A DNA stretch of 64,000 nt from Amoebophrya sp. A120 (lineage: Eukaryota; Protista; Dinoflagellata). The notes under the pieces were generated by a model. That model was not told where the DNA came from and did not search any database. It worked only from the letters and a program-made list of their open reading frames with translations. The position numbers were made by a program, and so were the translations under genes. Shown piece by piece: positions 49,859 through 58,800 of this stretch. The first letter of the stretch is position 1, and each line of letters opens with the position of its first letter. The stretch spans positions 9,648,625 through 9,712,624 of the forward strand of contig CAJINV010000004.1 in the NCBI GenBank assembly GCA_905178155.1. The letters run 5' to 3'.

Positions 49859-50091
49859 CCATCACGAGTACGTTTGGAAGGGGCAAATCATCAAGTACCT
49901 CGGTGCGTGTGCCCCCGAGGGCTCCGCGATTCGATCGCTGTGCTTTATCCCGCAGACAAAACAACTCGCGAGCGTCGGGCTGGGCCGGTTCGCGACCGTC
50001 CACAAGGCTTTGGAGTCGGATAAACGACGGGAACAGGATAAAAAGACGTACATGAAACAAAAACTAACCGCAGTCGTGGCGTTACCTCCGG

Positions 50092-50303
50092 TATGGAGAG
50101 AAAAAAGTTTGTCACAGTCACTAACTTGCTCTTGCAGGCTTTGCATTACAAATTTTCTCAGCATCACAAACTTTCCATGTATTGCAGAAACACTAGGGAA
50201 ATCCCTAATGAAGTTTGGCTGTGATGCATTTTTACGCATGACAAACAATTTTGCGTTGCAAGAATGCGCATGAGTGATCGTGACGAACTTTTTTTCTTTG
50301 ATA
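50092..50303. mobile_element. Introner singleton family, DR TCCGG
   Basis: TATGGAGAGAAAAAAGTTTGTCAC / GTGACGAACTTTTTTTCTTTGATA; spliced product reads LPPVDL as in the intact copy. Confidence 0.93.
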
Positions 50304-50364
50304 TCCGGTGGATCTGAGCAAGGTGAAAGTGGAGGGGGAGGAAGCGGAGACGCAGAAAACGGAT

Positions 50365-50643
50365 TATCCTGAGTAAAAATGTCCCCACACCAGAGTCAAG
50401 ATGGGGATTTTGCAACACAAACCTAGAACTTTTGGGGGTCACGCATCACAAGTTGCAGTCCGTAGTGTAGTGCATGTTCGCAAGGCCAGCTGCATCAGAA
50501 ATCCATCTGCTCATCCTGTTTACAGCATTACAAATTCCAAAACACAACTAAAAATGACTCTCCTGGCGATGCGCATTACAAATGTTCCTGTCATTGCAAA
50601 TCTGCATGACAACTCTGGTGCGGGTACGTTTTTACTCAGGATA
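50365..50643. mobile_element. Introner family C (reverse orientation), DR CGGAT/CGGAC
   Basis: TATCCTGAGTAAAAATGTCCCCACACCAGAGT / ACTCTGGTGCGGGTACGTTTTTACTCAGGATA. Confidence 0.95.
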
Positions 50644-51867
50644 CGGACAATTCGAAAGCAAGAAGTACACCCGCGTCATCTTCAAAAAACACGACGGCAA
50701 CTACTGTAGCCGATGCAGATGAACTTGCTTCAGACGCGGAGGAGGAAGAGGAGGAGGAAGGGATGTTGAGCGATGACGATATTGTGTCTGAACTCAGCTA
50801 CGGCAGCTACGTGCAGGAGTTTGACGACGATGACGAAAGCTCGGAGGAGGTCGCACCTCCGCCAAAGAAGAAGAGAAATAAAGGGAGAAAGTGAATTAGT
50901 ATTGCATCAAGATGACAGCTCGACGGTTGCCAAGCCCCTGAGCATGCAGTAGCAGTTGTAGAACATTGAAGATAAGATCTTTATCTTTCTTGAAAGCTTC
51001 TCTTTCTGCACGTGACATTCTTTGTGCACATTGACGTTTTTCTGTTTGTTCTCTTTCGCATTTTGTCGTCATCTAATGTTGAAACTGAAAATATCATGAT
51101 TATCATTTTATTTTTATTATGCTGCATATTCACTACCCTGCCTCTGTAAGTGCATCGCAGGCCGTGTTCCTGATCGTGCTCGTGCAAGTATAGATTATGG
51201 TCTTCGTCGTTCGCTTTTAGCCCAACTGGCAAACTCGTTCACTGGAAGTGGTCAATGACGATGCTCTTCTTGCTGCATGATGAAAGGCAGTGTGCATAGG
51301 ATAGCTTTGCACCCGCGAACAACGTGATCCGTTTCTATTATTGACGCCCATGGGCAATAATATCGTGCGTGCCATCATCTTCGTCCAAGTTGACAGTACA
51401 ACTGCTTCGTTCTCATCTTTGTCGTGGTTCTTACTGTATTAAGGAAGAAGACGGCGACAATGATTGCGGCTCCGGCTCGATCCGGAATATATAGATTTAA
51501 TAAGCACGTAGTTGGCCAGCATGGATTAGCAAAATTAATAAAAAAATCTGACAACAGCAAGTTGAAGAGCAGCGCATATGCTGAGCTTGAGTTTTTAAGA
51601 TATAACTTCGTCCTCGTTCTTTATTGCGTCACAGTTCCCGCTATTTCAACGACTCCGAGTCCCGCAGATTCTAACTCCTCGCTCAGTCCTCAAATACAGT
51701 CTGTCAGGTGAAACTATACGCAAAACCAGAAGTAGTTGTAACACTAGTACGGTCTGCTCGTTTTCAGGCCGCGACCTTCACTCGACAAATTGGTGCCGCA
51801 AGGTAAAGAATAAAAAAAGCCGTAGTTCTACTAATTGCTCTGAGTCTAGCGCTCCCAATAGCAGAAA

Positions 51868-53614
51868 ATGGTCAAGAAAACTACCAGCGCTGCTCTTGCA
51901 ACCACCCTCGGGGGGGGGGGGGGTGCTCGCCGCTGCGACGTCGCGCACGCATTCGTGGACCGGAAGTGAGTATGGCCCGCCCAGGTGTCACATTGTCAGG
52001 CGTTACCGTCAGAGTCAGAGTTTATGACGTTGCAATCACCGGAGCACAGAAAGAGATGTTGAGAAGCATTATTATTACGCTTAACGGCTTTTTTTTTTGC
52101 AAAACTAGCACTACACCAATCCCGTACTAAGCGGATTACCAAATACGTCGAGCAACCCAACGGCGTCCCGGCTGTATAAAAGAAATTCAGTGTTTTGCAA
52201 AGGTTGAGGCTCTTTGAAGTATTGGAATAGGCGAGAGTGTAACGCCTGAGCGGGCCATAATGAAACGTCGGGCTTTCTGGAGGTGAATGGCAAGGCTGAC
52301 GCTGCGAGCGTCTGTCAATATATGTCCCCCCTGATGGAGGGTGGGATATTTGCAACGGATGTAGGCCAACCCGGTAAGTAGTACCTCTACTAGAATTTAG
52401 TACGCGTGCTCAAGAATTAGCTCATGAATAGCTCCTCCAGCTGCACACCTAAAGTTCTGGAACGCCTGGATGGAGGGGCGCAGGTTCATCGATAGCCGCC
52501 TCTACTAGTGCAATAAGCGTGGTCAACTTTTAGCTCATGAAAGCTCCAGCTGTACTCTTGACGTTCTGGAACGCCACCACCCTCCGCCCGCAGCCGAGCC
52601 GAGCCGTCAAGCTCTCCACTTTTAAAGTTGCGACACTCCTAAAGTTCCGAGCACTCTTAAAGCCCCGCCCGCAGCCGAGCACTCCTAAATTTCCGACACG
52701 CCAAAGTGCCCCATGTTATGCTTATGCTATGCTAAATGTAAAATTCTGATCATCTGACTCAGGGCGGTACATAACTAAGTAGTCAAAGGTTTGTTTCTGT
52801 TTGTACTCACCTTATATTCCAGGCGCCCCCGAAACGGCAAAAAACAGCAAAAAACTGATCGGTTTATTGCATTCAGAAACCCCAGCGAGGGAGTGTGGGT
52901 GGCGCGCCAGAGCGGTGCGCCCGCATTGCGTCGGGCTTGCGGGCGAAGCCGCTGCGGGTAGTCGGAGTCGAGAATCTCGACCCGGGCCCAAAGTTGTTGA
53001 GAATCTCGACTCCGATGGCCCCCAAACCGCATAAGGAATTTAACTTCTTTGCCCACGGGCTGGAATCTGAGAGAAGAGTCGCCGCTTTTGCGAACCCGGG
53101 AAGAGATTGCCGCTTCAAGAAAGTTGAAGACTTGTCGTGCGAAGTAGGGGCCGGCAGGTGAAGGCCAATCGATCCCGAGCAACAGCGGCACTCCTAGGCT
53201 AAGACGGAGGCCGCTGACCCTTTTTTCCTCGCAGCCCGCGGGCCGTTTTTTTGTTTCATTATGTCCTCCCATACTAGCCATACATTTACATTATAGGAGG
53301 TTTGCTACTTCATATTACATACAGGGCCGATGCGCGAAACGGGAAACATGTGGCCGTGGCCCGTGGGTGGAGGTCTTCAGAAGACAACAACCTGCATCAA
53401 GTTCAAGAAGCAGAAGGACGAAAAGAAGTGCCCTTCAAACGAAGATAACAAGTTGACTACATATTCTTCTTTTGGTCATACATCTGCCCTTTTCAAAGCC
53501 GAAGAGTCGTCGAGCAGTGCCAATTACGCGGCCATCACTCTGATGCTTCAAGAGGATGTCGATTTCTTGGCCAGATGTCTGATGTGCCCGGATCTGTGCA
53601 AGGATAGCGCTTGA
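51868..53614 (+). CDS. Paralog of the small secreted Cys-rich protein. Exons 51868-51970, 52265-52373, 53325-53614; +1 frameshift in a G14 run
   Basis: MVKKTTSAAL..THSWTGSETSGFL..C..WPW..TCIKFK..C..ARCLMCPDLC aligns with 46574-46954. Canonical intron G|GTAAGT (52374) to ATACAG| (53324) is in frame. Confidence 0.7.
51971..52259. mobile_element. Introner singleton family, imperfect DR GTGAG/ATGAA
   Basis: TATGGCCCGCCCAGGTGTCACA / TGTAACGCCTGAGCGGGCCATA; the empty site GGAAGTGAAACG is in the paralog at about 46670. Confidence 0.88.
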
Positions 53615-55811
53615 GTCTCGTACTTTCGTTCTTTTTTTTTTCGGTTTATTCTGGTTGACGTTGATCAACAACAAGTACGTTTATATTCGAAAAAGTACCA
53701 AAACCTTTATCACAAAAGTAGAAGTACTTCAAAAAAGTTATACGTAGTACAAAACACAAAACCAAAAGTTAAAGTAACAATATCAGCCAGCTTTGAAGAT
53801 TTTCAGTACTGTAGCCAAATTTCAGGCAACGTCGCGAATATGTTGTCTTCGCCCACAGTAGCGCAGAATAACTCTGTGTGGCTTTCCGTTCTCATGATTA
53901 TGGTCTTTCACTTTGCTTGAATATGAATTTGTTTTTGTAGGAGCGTCTAGGTTTTTTTTCATCGTCACATCATAAAGTGCAAAGTCAAAGTTTCCCCACC
54001 GATCGAAAAGCAGATTTGAAAAGCTATAAACCAACGGAAAGTAGACACCTTCCAAACAGATGTTGGAGGGAGCACGCTGCGTGTTTCGACTCTGTTTTAA
54101 CTCAGTCTTGCTTGACTCGAAGATTTAAGAAAACCCCCTTCCCGATTGCATGCATGTCTACAACATGATAGGCGGACGCGAAGCCTTGACCTTCTTCGGC
54201 ATAAAATCCAAAAAAAAAAAATATAAAAGCAATGCTGTAGAAGGTAGAGTTTCAGTATTCGTTTAAAGAACGCATTGGCGTATGCGTAGCAAACTCTTAT
54301 AATTTTTCATCTTTTCATCCCCTTGCCTTTAGCAATACTTACTTTAATGTTTTCCACAGTCGTTGTACATCGTGGTTGTGCTTCCAGGTTCCTTCCACGT
54401 GTATTAAGCCCCATCCCGTTTCATAGGATATTGTTTTTACTTATTTATTGTTATTGCTCCTAATGCTATAAGTACAAGTAGCTAATCCCTAACCCCCCAG
54501 CACCGCAACGCCAACGATCGAAGGAGTACCAGAATGCCCATCAATATTTGGAAAAAGAACAGTACCTGCCCCCCGGCCTTTGGCCAGGAAGAGGAATTCC
54601 ATTGCATATCCTGCTCCCGATGAAATCTGTAGCGTAGTCATCCGCTCCTGTGGTTGCACCCCATAGAAGCACGCCCCCGGCGGCATAGCCTGTCGCGTCA
54701 CAGGAAACACGACATCCTCGACCCCCACATGACCCTTTTCCCCCGATGCAACTTTCATCCCCTTCGAATTCCGTTCCACCTGGCCGGTACGTCGTGTACA
54801 TGGTAGTGTTCTTTCACTTCCGTGTCATTATCGTGTTTAGCCAAGCACGGCCGTGTTCCCTTGTCTGCCGATAGTTCGGAGGAGGTCGCTTCTCCGCTGG
54901 AGAAGAAAAAAAATAAGGGGAGAAAGTAAAGTTGCATGTGTACTAGAAGCATCTGTCTATGCTCGCCGAGGTTCATCATGCAAGAAAATCCACGTGTAAA
55001 CTCTTCGTAACGTCCTCACATCCTGACGTGTTGAATTCATTTTTGCGCGCTCTGGATCCTGTATGTAAGTATGATGTATTTCTGCGCGCTTTCTTTTTAC
55101 TACACCGTATAAGAAAACAAACACAAGTGGTGCCGTCCGTCGAAAGCGAAACTGCAACACCGGACAAGCTGAGGCTACATCCCGTACGCATTCTTCTTCG
55201 TCCCGTCGGACTGAGTTTTGGTCCTGTAAAAATATCTTCAAGAAACCGCTTCGTGAATCGTCCCTCCTCAAAGAAATCGTTCAACTTCGCACTTTTGTAG
55301 TACGTCCAGTTTACCTCGTACACCTTTTCCGTGTGTGATGCGTTTGATGAAACTCGTTCGGTACTACAGAACGACAGCAGTGGTCGGTCAACTTGTATTC
55401 ATCTCGTTTACTGCAGCGGACCACGACGAATTGCTTCTTCAATTATATTCCTCCTGTCACTTTCCCTGTGAATTTTCAGGCTCAGGCACCATCTCGGTCG
55501 CATTTATGCTCACCTCGTACTGGCGATAATTAAAGTATTTCTTCAGCACGTCGGTTGTCCTTGTCTGTTTCGATTTCCTCGGTGTGCTTTTAGTACCATT
55601 ATCCTACGACCTCTACCTCCGCTCGGTTTTGTTTTGGTTGGTCCCGAACCAACTTTGCTTCCTCACAAGTAGCTTCGGTTTGAAATCGAAGCTGAACATC
55701 TTCAATCTGTAGTACGTGTCAACTACCATCAAATTACTAGACGTTACAACATATACGACCACTATCTACATGTTTGCTTTTTACCAAGTTGGTAAGTACC
55801 ACCCGCCCAAA

Positions 55812-58800
55812 ATGGTTTTCTCCACGATCCGCACAGTGACCAATTTTACCCAATTTGTCCTGAAAGACCTCCCCGCGTCAGTCATGGTGGGCGCGGCGGC
55901 AACAGCACTGTACTTCGCGGAGGTACAGGCGGCGCTGAAAGTTGCGGGCGTGATGATCGGCGCGAACCCGCCGCTCGCGGCGTTATGCGCCTTCTTCGCG
56001 GTTGTGTTTTCCACCATTATCCTGTGCAAAAGTATCGTACTCGTAGTAATCGCAGTCATGCATTACAAATCTCCATGCCAAGGTAACACAGCATGACAAA
56101 TTTCATTTGTCATGCTGACCGAATTTGTAATGCGATTTCTACTAGTACGATACTTTTGCAATGCATAACCATGGCGGTGCTGCAGTACAAGGGCGATTTC
56201 GACTTTTTCTACTTCGCCAGGTATCAACCGTAAAAATGTCTGGGTCTGGAAAAATGCAACTTGTCATGCTCAATCTGAAGCATGCAAAAATCTGTGTTGC
56301 ATGATTACCAAAAGTCGTCCAGTTTTGATCAAGTCGGGAGGGAGTTTCTCATGCAGGATAGGCATGAGAGAGATCGCACAGAATCTGTCGTGCTAGGTCC
56401 TGCATTGCAGACCTCATGGGTCATGGAAAAGCTGCATGACAAATCTGACAATCTTCCAGACCCAGACACTTTTGCAATCCATACCAGGACGCGCGTCCGG
56501 AAGGACTACTACGACAGCATCGCGGAACTGGACTTTGACGGCTTTTACCAAACCATGCAATTGGACTACGAGAATTTGGTGAGATGGGTGTCAGAAAACG
56601 GAAACTACGTTTACACCGTATCCTATGTAGAAACGTCCCCACCCCATAGTTGTCATGCGGGTTTGCAATGACAGGAACATTTGTAATGCGAACCTACATG
56701 AGAGGAATTTCCCATCGTGTTTTGAAATTTGTAATGCCGTAAACAGGATAAGAAGGTGGGTTTGTGATGCGACTGTCCTTGCTAAGCTGCACTACACTAC
56801 AAAGACAAACCTGTCATGCATGGCTCCGAAAACTCCTGGATTTGTGTTGCCGAGTTCCCAACTTGACTATGGGGTGGGGACGTTTTTACATAGGATACAC
56901 TGTCGTGTCCGCAAACGTTTTGGATTTGTATTACTACCTTCTCGTCGATTTCGGGTTTATCCTGAGTAAAAACGTACCCACACCACAGTTGTAATGCAAA
57001 TCTGCATGCTGAAAATGTTTCTCATGCGGAGCCCCATGAGAAGCATTTTCCAATCGTGTTTTGCAATTTGTCATGCTCCAATCAGCATGGTCAGATAGAT
57101 CTGTGATGCTGCTGAGCTAGCTCAAACAGCACTACAATACGAATCCAAATTTGTCATGCAAAACAGCTAAAACTTGTGGATTTGTCTAGCCGATTCCCCA
57201 TCTTGACTCTGGTGTGGGTACGTTTTTACTCAGGATAGGGTTGCCGGTTTTGTTAGGCGCCATGGCGCTCGGCTCCGTCCTCGGCGTGGTGGGTCTGTAT
57301 GTACTCTTTGTCGGGCTGCGAAGGATGGTTTTTGGAAGAAATAAGGTTAATGTTCAACAGCACCCAAATTATGCACAGTTGATCGACGGCGCAATTTCTA
57401 GCAGTTCTGTTGGTGTTACTCTTCCGCAGATGACACAGATGAACAGATCCGGAAAGATTGCGAAGCCGAAGGAATCCGTGTCCATCCGCTCCCCGAATCT
57501 GTTAGCTCCTCCGAGTAGAAGATCTTCGAAAGAGAGTGTGACAAACATAAGTCCGCGTCCGGTTGACAGCAAAATGAATTCCGCACGACCGGTTTCCCCG
57601 ACCGCAACCTCGAGCCGCGCGTCTCCGCCAGGCAGTCCCCGCCGGCGTGTGTCCCGCACTGAGGCGGAGTACGAGCAGGACCAGCTCCTTACGCCCTACG
57701 ATGCGCAAGTGCTTTCGCCAACAGGGAATCAACCGAAGGACCGGTTTAAAAACCGGCTTTCCTCCTCGTCGCGGTCGCCGTCCCCCGTGGCTCGCGGCGG
57801 ATCCAAATCCTCCGAACGGAGTTCCAAGGGGAAGGGCGGGCTGGGCCGGAGCAGATCCCCTGTACCGGGGGCGGTGGATCCCTCGTCAAAATCGGAGAAT
57901 GATGAGTTGAATTCGAGCAGAAATCTATTGGAACAGTTGCAGCGAAAATCCGTGACCAAGACGGATTTGGAGTTCAAGGAACAGTCCACCGCACTGCAGC
58001 AAATTGGGGAGTACTTGGACCGACTGACGATGAGTGCCTTCAACTCCGGCCCCTTTGGAGGGATATCAAATGCAAAAATGTCTGGGTCTGGAAGATCGCA
58101 ACTTGTCATGCTAAATCTGATTCATGCAAAAACTCTGTGTTGCACGATTACTACCAACAGCCGTCCTTTTTTACCAAGTTGAGAGAAAATTTTTCATGCA
58201 GAATAGGTATGATAGATTTTTCACAGAATTTGTCATGCTTGGCACTGCATTCCAGACCTCATGGGTTATGTAACACCTGCATGACAAACCTTCCATTCAT
58301 CTAGACCCAGACATATTTGCAATCCATAAGGGAACAAGAAGCACAAGCAGCTGGTGAACCCGTACTACGTGCACCCGGCTTCGTATGGATGTGTCAGAGT
58401 TGAAATCGACAAAGTTGAAATGATTTGTCATGCATAAAATGCGACACAGAGACTGACTCTATTGCTGAAGGCGCAAGGGAGGCAGATTCTAGTGCTGGTA
58501 AGGGTCAAGCATTGGGCTGCTGACTAGCATGACAGGGAGCAGCCATCTTGCCCTAAACAGCATGACAGACTTGCTTCAGAGGCCAGGAAAACTTGTCATG
58601 CGCCGATTGATAACTGTGGGTCCAACTGGTATAGATTTCATGCATCGCAAATTATTTCAACTTTGTTAATTTCAATCCTGACAGTTCCATACTTCGGATT
58701 TGCCCGGGCAGAAATCGAAAAAGTACGACTTTGTGCAGCCGAAGTCGATTCAAATGGCGGAGCAGATCCACCAAGAGGCGGCTGAGAAGAAAGCGATGGA

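Larger units (their letters stand above)
48485..50894 (+). pseudogene. 5'-truncated Nsa1/WDR74 paralog; frame restored after removing one canonical intron and five introners
   Basis: Collinear with about 44486-45699; differences are mostly synonymous or in-frame indels; no 5' half is present. Confidence 0.8.
47380..55192 (+). repeat. Diverged direct repeat of about 850 bp (approx. 47380-48232 and 54340-55192, offset about 6960), each copy containing a relic of the Nsa1 3' end
   Basis: Near-identical minus-strand ORF translations. AGTTCGGAGGAGGTCGCTTCTCCGCTGGAGAAGAAAAAAAATAAGGGGAGAAAGTAA resembles the Nsa1 terminus at 45640-45699. Confidence 0.8.

Noticed and set aside
21745-54893. 9.64-kb perfect inverted repeat (21745-31384 vs 45254-54893) as giant transposon TIRs or an invertible segment
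   Set aside because: The left arm is bounded by a 100-N gap and a single N. The 68-bp hairpin-containing sequence before the gap (21577-21644) is repeated right after the arm (31386-31453), and the arms look identical even in homopolymers. This is most likely a contig misplaced at a hairpin-induced break; long reads would settle it.
54976-55620. Possible minus-strand gene (VYEVNWTYYKSAKLNDFFEEG...)
   Set aside because: It looks coding-like, but I could not build a consistent exon structure or recognise a domain.
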